Sequence record: OZ035748.1
Strand: one strand, 5' to 3'
Length of the DNA: 40,168 nucleotides
From: Przondovirus KP32i192
The notes under the pieces were generated by a model. It was given only the letters and a program-made list of their open reading frames with translations. It had not been told where the DNA came from and made no database searches. Numbering within the stretch: the stretch's first letter is position 1; the number at the start of each line of letters is the position of its first letter. Shown here in pieces: positions 26,309 through 36,059 of the stretch. The position numbers were made by a program, and so were the translations under genes.

Positions 26309-28684
26309 ATGGCTCTCGTATCACAATCAATCAAGAACCTCAAGGGAGGCATTAGCCAGCAGCCTGAAATCCTACGGTACCCAGAGCAGGGTTCGCTTCA
26401 GGTCAACGGTTGGTCCTCCGAGACTGAGGGTCTCCAGAAGCGACCACCTATGGTGTTCATCAAGTCCCTTGGCCCTCGTGGCTACTTGGGGGAAGACCCA
26501 TACATCCACCTCATCAACCGTGATGAATACGAGCAGTATTACGCCGTGTTCACAGGGAATGACGTTAGGGTGTTCGACCTGTCCGGCTATGAGTATCAGG
26601 TCCGAGGAGACCGCTCATACGTGACCGTCAATAACCCCAAGGACAACTTGCGGATGGTCACCGTGGCCGACTACACGTTCATCGTGAACCGAACCAGACA
26701 GGTCCGGGAGAACCAGAACATGACCAACGGTGGAACCTTCCGAGATAACGTTGACGCCCTCATTAACGTTCGTGGTGGTCAGTATGGCCGTAAGCTCGAA
26801 GTGAACCTTAACGGTGTATGGGTAAGCCACCAGCTCCCTCCGGGTGACAACGCTAAGGAGGACCCACCAAAGGTCGACGCACAGGCTATCGCTGAGGCCC
26901 TAGCGACTCTTCTCAGAGCGGCACACCCTACGTGGACGTTTAACGTTGGAACAGGGTTCATTCACTGTATCGCTCCCGCAGATACCGCCATCGACATCTT
27001 GGAGACAAAGGATGGCTACGCGGACCAGCTGATTAACCCAGTGACCCATTACGTCCAGAGCTTCTCTAAGTTGCCTCTGAACGCCCCAGATGGGTACATG
27101 GTGAAGATTGTCGGGGACACATCCAAGACCGCCGACCAGTATTACGTTAAGTACGACAAAAGTCAGAAGGTCTGGAAGGAAACTGTCGGTTGGAACATCT
27201 CGGTCGGCCTTGAGTACCACACGATGCCTTGGACACTGGTTCGTGCAGCTGACGGTAACTTTGACCTCGGGTATCACGAGTGGAAGGACCGCCGAGCTGG
27301 TGATGACGATACCAACCCTCAACCATCCTTTGTGAACTCGACGATAACTGACGTGTTCTTCTTCAGGAACCGATTAGGGTTCATCTCTGGGGAGAACATT
27401 GTGATGTCCCGTACCAGCAAATACTTCGAGTTCTACCCGCCGTCAGTGGCCAACTACACGGACGATGACCCACTGGATGTTGCTGTGAGTCATAACCGAG
27501 TGTCGGTCCTGAAGTACGCTGTGAGCTTCGCTGAAGAGCTTCTGCTGTGGTCTGATGAGGCACAGTTCGTGCTGTCGGCAAACGGTGTGTTATCCGCTAA
27601 GACTGCACAGCTGGACCTGACCACTCAGTTCGATGTGTCAGACCGTGCGCGTCCTTACGGTATCGGCAGGAACATCTACTATGCATCCCCTCGCAGCTCC
27701 TTTACGTCCATCATGCGCTACTATGCGGTACAGGATGTAAGCTCTGTGAAGAATGCAGAGGACATGACGGCCCACGTCCCGAACTACATCCCGAACGGTG
27801 TGTACAGCATCAACGGGTCTGGTACGGAGAACTTCGCGTGTGTGCTGACAAAAGGTGCTCCCAGCAAGGTGTTCATCTACAAGTTCCTCTACATGGACGA
27901 GAACATTCGGCAGCAGTCGTGGTCCCACTGGGACTTCGGGGATGGTGTGGAGGTGATGGCGGCAAACTGTATCAACTCGACGATGTACATGCTGATGCGG
28001 AACGCCTACAACGTGTGGATAGCTGCTGTGGACTTTAAGAAGGAGTCGACTGACTTCCCGTTCGAGCCTTACCGATTCCACGTGGACGCCAAGCGGTCTT
28101 ACCACATCTCAGAGACAGCGTACGACGTTGAGACGAACCAGACGGTAGTGAACGTCAAGGACATCTACAGCGCATCGTTCTCTAAAGGCACTGTGGCAAT
28201 CTGCGAGAGTGACGGTAAAATCACCGAGTATGAGCCTATGGGTGACTCTTGGGATTCAACCCCAGACATCCGCATTAGCGGTGACGTCTCTGGTAAGAAC
28301 ATCGTCATCGGGTTCCTATACGACTTCCAGTATGTGTTCAGTCGGTTCCTCATCAAGCAGGAGCAGAATGACGGCACAACGTCCACTGAGGACTCTGGTC
28401 GTCTCCAGCTGCGTAGAGCGTGGGTGAACTATCAGAACACCGGAGCGTTCACTGTGAGCGTCGACAACGGTAGCCGTGAGTTCAACTATCTGGTCAACGC
28501 CCGAGTGGGTTCTACTGGTCTACGTCTGGGCCAGAAGGCCACGACCACTGGTCAGTATCGTTTCCCGGTGACAGGTAACGCACTGTATCAGAAGGTGTCC
28601 CTGAGTTCCTTCAACGCTTCCCCGGTGTCAATCATTGGGTGTGGCTGGGAGGGTAACTACAGCAGACGCGCCAACGGTATTTAA
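26309..28684 (+). CDS. Tail tubular protein B (T7 gp12-like)
   Basis: 791-aa product starting MALVSQSIKNLKGGISQQP after aaggagg; collinear with T7 gp12. Confidence 0.92.
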   Translation: MALVSQSIKNLKGGISQQPEILRYPEQGSLQVNGWSSETEGLQKRPPMVFIKSLGPRGYLGEDPYIHLINRDEYEQYYAVFTGNDVRVFDLSGYEYQVRGDRSYVTVNNPKDNLRMVTVADYTFIVNRTRQVRENQNMTNGGTFRDNVDALINVRGGQYGRKLEVNLNGVWVSHQLPPGDNAKEDPPKVDAQAIAEALATLLRAAHPTWTFNVGTGFIHCIAPADTAIDILETKDGYADQLINPVTHYVQSFSKLPLNAPDGYMVKIVGDTSKTADQYYVKYDKSQKVWKETVGWNISVGLEYHTMPWTLVRAADGNFDLGYHEWKDRRAGDDDTNPQPSFVNSTITDVFFFRNRLGFISGENIVMSRTSKYFEFYPPSVANYTDDDPLDVAVSHNRVSVLKYAVSFAEELLLWSDEAQFVLSANGVLSAKTAQLDLTTQFDVSDRARPYGIGRNIYYASPRSSFTSIMRYYAVQDVSSVKNAEDMTAHVPNYIPNGVYSINGSGTENFACVLTKGAPSKVFIYKFLYMDENIRQQSWSHWDFGDGVEVMAANCINSTMYMLMRNAYNVWIAAVDFKKESTDFPFEPYRFHVDAKRSYHISETAYDVETNQTVVNVKDIYSASFSKGTVAICESDGKITEYEPMGDSWDSTPDIRISGDVSGKNIVIGFLYDFQYVFSRFLIKQEQNDGTTSTEDSGRLQLRRAWVNYQNTGAFTVSVDNGSREFNYLVNARVGSTGLRLGQKATTTGQYRFPVTGNALYQKVSLSSFNASPVSIIGCGWEGNYSRRANGI

Positions 28685-28709
28685 CTGAAGGAATCCTTAT
28701 GGTGTGCTC

Positions 28710-28732
28710 AATTAGGGCACACTATAGGGAGA
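28710..28732 (+). promoter_or_regulatory. Phage RNAP promoter (phi13-like)
   Basis: AATTAGGGCACACTATAGGGAGA. Confidence 0.75.
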
Positions 28733-28757
28733 CCACACTAAGAGGGGGACTTAAAGC

Positions 28758-29168
28758 ATGCACATAAGAAACACTGTAAGTAATGACTTCGAGTTATTCA
28801 TCCCGGCCTACCATGACGTACTTGAGGCACAGGCCATGGGTATAGAACCATCGTTCCCAGCGGTTACTGAGTGTGTCACGTTAGACCACGATGGTTTTCC
28901 TTTGGCTATAGGTGGACATTGCGGAGACCAGTGCTGGTTCGTCACGAGTGACCAAGTGTGGAGACTCGACAGGGCTGGCAAGCTGGAGTTCCGTGAGAGA
29001 ATCATGGAGTACAGGGACATGTTATTAAATGTTTACCCATCCCTGTGGAACTTCGTGTGGGTCGGTAATGGTCCCCACAAGCGGTTCCTTAAGTCCATCG
29101 GTGCTGTATTCCACGAGGAGTACACTCAGGATGGGAAGTTCCAACTGTTCACCATAACGAGGAGGTAA
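28758..29168 (+). CDS. Internal virion protein A (T7 gp13-like)
   Basis: 136-aa ORF at the conserved position between gp12 and gp14; weak sequence recall. Confidence 0.7.
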   Translation: MHIRNTVSNDFELFIPAYHDVLEAQAMGIEPSFPAVTECVTLDHDGFPLAIGGHCGDQCWFVTSDQVWRLDRAGKLEFRERIMEYRDMLLNVYPSLWNFVWVGNGPHKRFLKSIGAVFHEEYTQDGKFQLFTITRR

Positions 29169-29170
29169 CT

Positions 29171-29761
29171 ATGTGCTGGATGGCAGCCATTCCTATCGCA
29201 ATGACGGCAGTGCAAGCTATCGGTCAGTCACGCAATGAAGCCAAGATGATTGGCCTTCAGAATGACCAGATGCGCCGACAGTCTGCCCAGATGATTAAAG
29301 AGTCAAACATTCAGAACGCTAACGCCAGTCTTGAGCAGAAGCAGAAGCTGGAAGAAGCCAGTGCGGACCTGACCGCTAAGAATCTCGATAAGGTTCAGGC
29401 CATGGGTACAATCCGTGCAGCAATCGGAGAGGGAAACCTTGAGGGTGCCAGCATGGACCGTATCAGTCGAATCGAGGAGGGCAAGTTCATTCGGGAGGCC
29501 AACGCGGTCACCGATAACTACCGTCGAGATTATGCGTCACTGTTCGCTCAGCAGCTGGGTAACTCTGAGTCCACTATCGACCAAGTTAAGTCCATGCAGA
29601 AAGCTGAGGGCAAAGGTAAGTCCAAGCTGGAACAGGTGCTGGACCCGCTGGCATTGATGGGTTCACAAGGTGCCTCAGCGTATGCCTCTGGTGCATTCGA
29701 CAGTAAGGGAACCAAGGCACCAATTAGTCAGGCCCAAGGTACTAAGGTAGGAGGTAAGTAA
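29171..29761 (+). CDS. Internal virion protein B (T7 gp14-like)
   Basis: 196-aa ORF; MCW.AAIPIA and VLDPLA.MGS..ASAYASGAFDSK match T7 gp14. Confidence 0.85.
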   Translation: MCWMAAIPIAMTAVQAIGQSRNEAKMIGLQNDQMRRQSAQMIKESNIQNANASLEQKQKLEEASADLTAKNLDKVQAMGTIRAAIGEGNLEGASMDRISRIEEGKFIREANAVTDNYRRDYASLFAQQLGNSESTIDQVKSMQKAEGKGKSKLEQVLDPLALMGSQGASAYASGAFDSKGTKAPISQAQGTKVGGK

Positions 29762-32016
29762 TGGCCAGTAAATTAGAACAAGCATTAAGCCAACTGCCGC
29801 AGGCCGGGTCTACCCGCATCCGTGGTGGCTCAGCGTCTATGCAGTATCGCCCAGTAACCATTCAACAGGAAGGGTTCCGTCAGTCCAACCTAGTGCAGTC
29901 CTTGGCGAAGTTTGGTACTGCGGTGGGTGAGGCAGCGGATGCCTACGACAAGCGTCAACGGGACAAGGCCGATGAGCGGTCCGACGAGATTATCCGTAAG
30001 TTGACCCCAGAGCAGCGCCGGGAGGCAATCAAGAACGGGACCCTGCTGTATCAGGATGACCCGTACGCTATGGAGGCCCTACGGTTCAAGACTGGTCGTA
30101 ACGCTGCGTTCCTCATTGATGATGAAGTGGCACAGCGTGTTCAGAACGGTGAGTTCCGTACTCGCGCTGAGATGGAAGAGTACCGCCACAAGCGGTTGAC
30201 CGAAGGTGCCAATGAGTTCGCTGAACAGTTCATGATTAACCCTGAGGACTCTGAGTTTCAGAGAGGGTTCAACGCGAACATCACTGAGCGCAACATCTCG
30301 CTGTACGGTAAGCACGATACGTTCCTTAGTGAGCAAGCCCAGAAGGGAGCCATACTGGCATCGAAGGTGGAGCTGTCAGGCGTACTCAAAGACCCAGCCG
30401 TTCTAGCGCGTCCAGAGTCCGGTGAGTTCTTCCAGCGCTACATTGACAATGCGCTTAAGACTGGGAGTATCCCTAGCGACGCTCAGGCCCAGCAGGTCAT
30501 CATCGGGTCCCTTAATGACGTCATTCAGCGTCCGGGTGCTACCAACTTCCTCCAGAGCCTTGCAGACCGTCCGGTGACCCTCAACGGGAAGACCTCGACC
30601 TATAAGGAGCTGATGGGAGAGGAGCAGTGGAACGCCCTGATGGTCAAGGCCCAGTCGACTCAGTTCGACAATGACGCTAAGTTGTCCGAAGGTTTCCGCC
30701 TTGGGATTACCAGCGCGTTGAACCAAGACGACACCAGTAAGGGCTGGGAGATGCTTCAGGGTGCCAAAGCGGAACTTGACCGTCTACAGCCCGGTGAGCA
30801 GATGACCCCAGAGCGTGAGCGTTTGATTCAGGCTGAGGAGCAGATGCAGGCCCGTTTCCGTCAGGAGGCTCAAGCGGCAGCCAAGGAGATGGACAAGCGT
30901 CAGAAGACCATCAACAAGAATCAGGTCATCGACCAGCAGTTCACCAAGCGTATCAACGGTCAGTACGTGTCCACCAGCTACAAGGATATGCCGACCAACG
31001 AGAACACCGGAGAGTTCACTCACAGTGACATGGTGAACTACGCTAACGGTAAGCTGGCCGAGATTGACCAGATGCAGCTCACGGAGCAGCAGAAGGACCG
31101 CATGAAGCTGAGCTACCTACGGGCAGACTCAGAGGGTGGAGCCTTCCGTACCGTTGTGGGCCAGATGGTAACCGACGCTGGGTCTGAATGGTCTGCCGCT
31201 GTGATTAACGGTAAGTTACCGGAGGACACCACAGCGTTGAACAAACTGCGCACCATGCGTAACACCGACCCTGACCTCTTCGCTGCACTGTACCCCGACA
31301 AGGCTGACTTGTTCCTGACGATGGACATGATGGATAAGCAGGGCATTGACCCGCAGATTCTCATCGACGCTGACCGTTCTCGCCGCAGTCTCACCAAGGA
31401 GATGCAGTACGAGGATGATAAGGCGTGGGCGTCCCTGAAGAACAACTCAGAGTCACCAGAGCTGTCCCGCATTCCGGCTAGTCTGGATGGCATGGCCCGT
31501 AAGATTTACGACAGCGTCAAGTACCGTACAGGTAACAGCGACATGGCGATGCAGCAGACCGACAAGTTCCTCAAGGAATCCACTGTGACCTTCAAAGGTG
31601 ATGACGTGGATGGTGATACCATTGGTATTATCCCGAAGAACATCCTACAGGTCAGTGATGACCCTAAGAGCTGGGAGCAGGGCCGAGACATCCTCGAAGA
31701 AGCCCGTAAGGGAATCATAGCGGCTAACCCTTGGGTGACCAACAAGCAGCTGACGATGTACCAGCAGGGCGACTCTATCTACATGATGGACACCACTGGT
31801 ACTGTACGCATCCGCTACGACAAGGAGCTACTGACTCGCACCTATCAGGAACAGCAGCAGCGACTGGCCAAGGAAGCCGAAGAGAAGGCTCTGAAGGAAG
31901 CCACCAAGCGTGCTCCTATCTCCGCAGCCACTCAGGCCCGTAAGGCCGCTGGTGAGCGTGTCCGTGCGAAACGTAAAGCCACTCCGAAGTTCATCTATGG
32001 AGGTGGTGACCAATAA
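29761..32016 (+). CDS. Internal virion protein C (T7 gp15-like)
   Basis: 751-aa ORF, start overlaps gp14 stop (TAATG); size and position match T7 gp15. Confidence 0.85.
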   Translation: MASKLEQALSQLPQAGSTRIRGGSASMQYRPVTIQQEGFRQSNLVQSLAKFGTAVGEAADAYDKRQRDKADERSDEIIRKLTPEQRREAIKNGTLLYQDDPYAMEALRFKTGRNAAFLIDDEVAQRVQNGEFRTRAEMEEYRHKRLTEGANEFAEQFMINPEDSEFQRGFNANITERNISLYGKHDTFLSEQAQKGAILASKVELSGVLKDPAVLARPESGEFFQRYIDNALKTGSIPSDAQAQQVIIGSLNDVIQRPGATNFLQSLADRPVTLNGKTSTYKELMGEEQWNALMVKAQSTQFDNDAKLSEGFRLGITSALNQDDTSKGWEMLQGAKAELDRLQPGEQMTPERERLIQAEEQMQARFRQEAQAAAKEMDKRQKTINKNQVIDQQFTKRINGQYVSTSYKDMPTNENTGEFTHSDMVNYANGKLAEIDQMQLTEQQKDRMKLSYLRADSEGGAFRTVVGQMVTDAGSEWSAAVINGKLPEDTTALNKLRTMRNTDPDLFAALYPDKADLFLTMDMMDKQGIDPQILIDADRSRRSLTKEMQYEDDKAWASLKNNSESPELSRIPASLDGMARKIYDSVKYRTGNSDMAMQQTDKFLKESTVTFKGDDVDGDTIGIIPKNILQVSDDPKSWEQGRDILEEARKGIIAANPWVTNKQLTMYQQGDSIYMMDTTGTVRIRYDKELLTRTYQEQQQRLAKEAEEKALKEATKRAPISAATQARKAAGERVRAKRKATPKFIYGGGDQ

Positions 32017-32032
32017 CCATTAAGGAGACAAC

Positions 32033-35000
32033 ATGAGCTACGACAAGTCCAAACCTAGCGACTACGATGGTATCTTTCAGAAGGCAGCAGACTCTCACGG
32101 AGTTAGCTATGACCTCCTGCGTAAGCTATCGTTTAACGAATCATCCTTCAACCCTAAGGCCGTCTCTAAGACTGGCCCTAAGGGCATCATGCAGTTCACC
32201 CGCAACACGGCCCGAGCGATGGGCCTTAACGTGACCGATGGTGACGACGATGGGCGATACAACCCAGAGTTAGCCATTGACGCTGGCGCTAAACTGCTTG
32301 CGAGCCTCGTTAAGAAGTACAATGGGGATGAGCTGAAAGCAGCCCTAGCGTACAACCAAGGGGAAGGCCCATCGGGTGCCCCTCAGCTCCAAGCGTACGA
32401 CAAGGGAGACTTCGGGTCTATCTCTGAGGAAGGCCGTAACTACATGCGCAAGCTGCTGGATGTGGCCAAGAGTCCGAACTCAGGCGCACTGGAGGCGTTC
32501 GGTGGTATCACCCCAAAGGGTAAAGGGATTCCCGCAGAGGATGCCTTCAAGGGCATCGCTAAGGCTGGCAAGGTAGGTACTGAGCTGCCGGAGTCCCATG
32601 GGTTCGACGTTGAAGGTGTAGCACAGGAAGCACCCAACACTCCGTACGCTAAGGACTTCTGGGAGAAGACCGGGACGACTCTCGACGAGTATAACTCTCG
32701 GTCAACCTTCTTCGGTTTCGGTGATGCTGCTGAGGCTCAGATTCAGAACTCCACATTAGGTGTGGCCTTCCGTGCTGCGCGTGCTGATGATGGGTACGAT
32801 GTGTTCAAGGACACGTTGACCCCGACTCGCTGGAACTCCTATGTCCCGTCTAAGGAGGACTTACAGAAGCTGCGAGACTCCGGGTTACCTCCGAGTTACT
32901 ACGGTGTGGTGACTGGTGGCGACGGCGAGAACTGGGATGCGCTCATCAAGCTGGCCAAGGATAACTTCGAGGCTGACCAACGGGCCGCTGAGGCTGGTAC
33001 TGGGGCGAAACTCGCCGCTGGTATCGTTGGTGCTGGTGTAGACCCACTCAGTTATGTACCGCTGGTCGGTGTGGCCGGGAAGGGACTCAAGGTGGTCAAT
33101 AAGGCCCTGCGAGTAGGTGCACAGGCTGGAGCGCTCAGTGTTGCCTCTGAAGGTATCCGTACGTCAGTCGCTGGTGGCGAAGCTCACTACGCTGATGCGG
33201 CACTTGGTGGGTTACTGTTCGGTGCTGGCATGTCTGCCCTTAGTGACGCTGTGGCCGCTGGCATTCGTAAGGCTCGTGGAGTGGACTCCGTAAATGAGTT
33301 CGCTGGTCCAGCACTCCGCATGGAAGCACGAGAGACTGCCATCAACACTGGCGGTCACGACACCTCGACGCTACCTCCAGAGAACTTCTCGTTCGAGCAG
33401 GACCACAGAGGTGTTCCGTTCGCCGACCACCCGACCGAAGAGGGCGCAGTGGTTCTGGCCAATGGTTCCATCCTGAGCGATACCAACCCGCTTAACCCAA
33501 GGACTCAACGTGACTTCGCAGAGATTGACCCAGAGCGTGCAGCTCCCGGTATCAAACTCGGTGGGTTCACTGAGATCGGCCTGAAGACCTTAGGGTCCAA
33601 GGATGCTGGTGTTCGTGCAATTGCTCAGGACCTCGTTCGCTCGCCTACAGGGATGCAATCAGGGTCTAGCGGTAAGTTCGGTGCCACCGCTTCGGATATC
33701 CACGAGCGTCTCCACGCGACTGACCAGCGGATGTATAACCAGCTGTATGACGCTGTTGACCGTGCCATGAAGGACCCAGAGTTCTCCGTGGGCGAGCAGA
33801 AGATGTCACGCAGAGCCATCCGTCAGGAAGTCTACAAGCGTGCCGCCTTGGCGATTGAGCGTCCAGAGTTACAGGCTGATTTGACCAAAGGTGAACGTGA
33901 GGTGATGGACCTGCTGAAAGAGCACTTCGACACCAAGCGTGAACTGATGGAACAGCCGGGTATCTTCGGTAACGCTAACGCCGTGAGCATCTTCCCCGGT
34001 AGTCGACACAAGGGTACCTACGTTCCTAACGTGTACGACAGGGGCGCTAAGGAACTGATGATGCAGAAGCTGGGTGGACCTGAAGGACTCCAACAGGCAA
34101 TCGCTCAGAGCTGGCTCACCAGTTACCGAGTGCGGCCTGAGGTCAAGGCACGTGTCGACGAGTACCTGATGGAACTTAACGGCTACAAGTCGGTAGACCA
34201 AGTGACACCTGAGGTGGTCCAGAAGCACGCCATGGACAAGGCTTACGGTATCAGTCACACAGAGGACTTCACAGCGTCCAGCGTCATTGACGACAACATC
34301 ACAGGTCTGGTCGGTATCGAGAACAACTCGTTCCTTGAAGCCCGTAACATGTTCGACAGCGACCTCCCGGTCACCTTGCCGGACGGGTCAACCTTCAGTG
34401 TAAACGACCTGAGGGACTTCGACATGGCACGGATTATCCCAGCGTACGACCGTCGAGTTAACGGTGATATCTCCATCATGGGCGGCAGCGGTAAGACCAC
34501 GAAGCAGCTCAAGGACGAAATCATGGCGCTGGACAAGAAGGCCGAACGCAAGGGACAACTGAAGGGTGAAGTGGAAGCACTGAAGGACACCGTTAAGATT
34601 CTCACTGGACGTGCTCGTCGTAACAACGATACAGCCTTTGAGACCGCTATGCGCACCCTGAATGACCTAGCGTTCTTCGCTAAGAACTTCTACATGGGTC
34701 CGCAGAACCTCACAGAGATTGCTGGGATGTTGGCCAAGGGTAACGTTAAGGCGATGCTCCACGGCATCCCAACGTTGCGTGACCTAGCCACCAGAACCTC
34801 TCCGGTGTCCGGTAGTGAACTCCGTGAACTCCATGGGGCGCTGTTCGGTAAGGAACTCGACCAGTTAATCCGTCCGGGGCGTGAGGATATCGTGCAGCGA
34901 ATCCGTGAGGCTTCCGATACCAGTGGGGCCATGGCGTCAGTCATTGGTACCATTAAGTTTGGCACTCAGGAGTTGTCAGCGCGCTCTCCTTGGACCAAGA

Positions 35001-35998
35001 TGCTGAACGGTACGGCTAACTACATTCTGGACACTGCCCGTCAGGGTGTGCTAGGTGATGTGGCTGGTGCGGCCCTAGGCGGCAAGGGTTCCAAGTTTGG
35101 CAAAGAGAACTTCCTCAAAGCTGCCTCTATCAGTCCTGAGCAGTGGAAGGGAATCAAGCAACTCTTTGTCGACCACGCGACTCGGGACGCTAACGGCCAG
35201 TTCACCATCAAGGACAAGAAGGCTTTCAGTCAGGACCCGAGAGCGATGGACCTGTGGCGTCTTGCTGATAAGGTTGCAGACGAGACCATGCTGCGACCTC
35301 ATAAGGTATCCCAGCAGGATTCCAAGGCGTACGGTGCTGGCGTCAAGATGGCTATGCAGTTCAAGAACTTCACCATCAAGTCACTCAACGCCAAGTTCAT
35401 TCGGTCCTTCTACGAGGGCTACAAGAACAACCGCGCTATCGACATGGCACTGACCCACATCCTGTCGCTTGGTATCGCCGGGACTTACTTTGCGATGCAG
35501 GCCCATGTGAAGGCTTACGGCCTCCAAGAGTCTCAGCGTAAGGACTACCTGAAGAAAGCCCTGAACCCTACCATGCTGGGCTACGCAGCGTTGACTCGAA
35601 GTTCCCACACTGGTGCCCCGCTGTCCATCGCCTCGATGATTGCTGGTGCCGCTGGGTTCCAAGACGCCAACATGCTGCGCTCCACCATCCTACCTAAGGA
35701 GGAACAGTTCCAGAAGAAAGACGGAGCGTCCAAAGGTCGAGCCGAGTCGAGCAACCTTGCAGGCAACTTGGGGTCTCAGGTCCCGGCTCTGGGTTACGTA
35801 GGGAACGTCATTGCTACCGCCAAGAACGCTTATGGTGTTGCTACAGCACCTAACAAGCCGACTGAGCGTGACTATATGACTGGCCTGATGAACTCCACCA
35901 AGGAGCTTGTTCCAAACGACCCGCTGACCCAGCAGCTCATCATGAAAATCTATGAGGCTAACGGGGTAACCATCAAGCAACAGCCGAAGCCTAACTAA
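32033..35998 (+). CDS. Internal virion protein D with N-terminal lytic transglycosylase domain (T7 gp16-like)
   Basis: 1321-aa ORF; N-terminal SLT-like motif (FNESSFNP...GPKGIMQF); size matches T7 gp16 (1318 aa). Confidence 0.9.
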   Translation: MSYDKSKPSDYDGIFQKAADSHGVSYDLLRKLSFNESSFNPKAVSKTGPKGIMQFTRNTARAMGLNVTDGDDDGRYNPELAIDAGAKLLASLVKKYNGDELKAALAYNQGEGPSGAPQLQAYDKGDFGSISEEGRNYMRKLLDVAKSPNSGALEAFGGITPKGKGIPAEDAFKGIAKAGKVGTELPESHGFDVEGVAQEAPNTPYAKDFWEKTGTTLDEYNSRSTFFGFGDAAEAQIQNSTLGVAFRAARADDGYDVFKDTLTPTRWNSYVPSKEDLQKLRDSGLPPSYYGVVTGGDGENWDALIKLAKDNFEADQRAAEAGTGAKLAAGIVGAGVDPLSYVPLVGVAGKGLKVVNKALRVGAQAGALSVASEGIRTSVAGGEAHYADAALGGLLFGAGMSALSDAVAAGIRKARGVDSVNEFAGPALRMEARETAINTGGHDTSTLPPENFSFEQDHRGVPFADHPTEEGAVVLANGSILSDTNPLNPRTQRDFAEIDPERAAPGIKLGGFTEIGLKTLGSKDAGVRAIAQDLVRSPTGMQSGSSGKFGATASDIHERLHATDQRMYNQLYDAVDRAMKDPEFSVGEQKMSRRAIRQEVYKRAALAIERPELQADLTKGEREVMDLLKEHFDTKRELMEQPGIFGNANAVSIFPGSRHKGTYVPNVYDRGAKELMMQKLGGPEGLQQAIAQSWLTSYRVRPEVKARVDEYLMELNGYKSVDQVTPEVVQKHAMDKAYGISHTEDFTASSVIDDNITGLVGIENNSFLEARNMFDSDLPVTLPDGSTFSVNDLRDFDMARIIPAYDRRVNGDISIMGGSGKTTKQLKDEIMALDKKAERKGQLKGEVEALKDTVKILTGRARRNNDTAFETAMRTLNDLAFFAKNFYMGPQNLTEIAGMLAKGNVKAMLHGIPTLRDLATRTSPVSGSELRELHGALFGKELDQLIRPGREDIVQRIREASDTSGAMASVIGTIKFGTQELSARSPWTKMLNGTANYILDTARQGVLGDVAGAALGGKGSKFGKENFLKAASISPEQWKGIKQLFVDHATRDANGQFTIKDKKAFSQDPRAMDLWRLADKVADETMLRPHKVSQQDSKAYGAGVKMAMQFKNFTIKSLNAKFIRSFYEGYKNNRAIDMALTHILSLGIAGTYFAMQAHVKAYGLQESQRKDYLKKALNPTMLGYAALTRSSHTGAPLSIASMIAGAAGFQDANMLRSTILPKEEQFQKKDGASKGRAESSNLAGNLGSQVPALGYVGNVIATAKNAYGVATAPNKPTERDYMTGLMNSTKELVPNDPLTQQLIMKIYEANGVTIKQQPKPN

Positions 35999-36019
35999 TT
36001 AGGACACACTATAGGGAGA
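35997..36019 (+). promoter_or_regulatory. Phage RNAP promoter (phi17-like)
   Basis: AATTAGGACACACTATAGGGAGA. Confidence 0.75.
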
Positions 36020-36059
36020 CCCGACGGTTTCCCTTCTCATCCAACTAAAGGAGGTCACA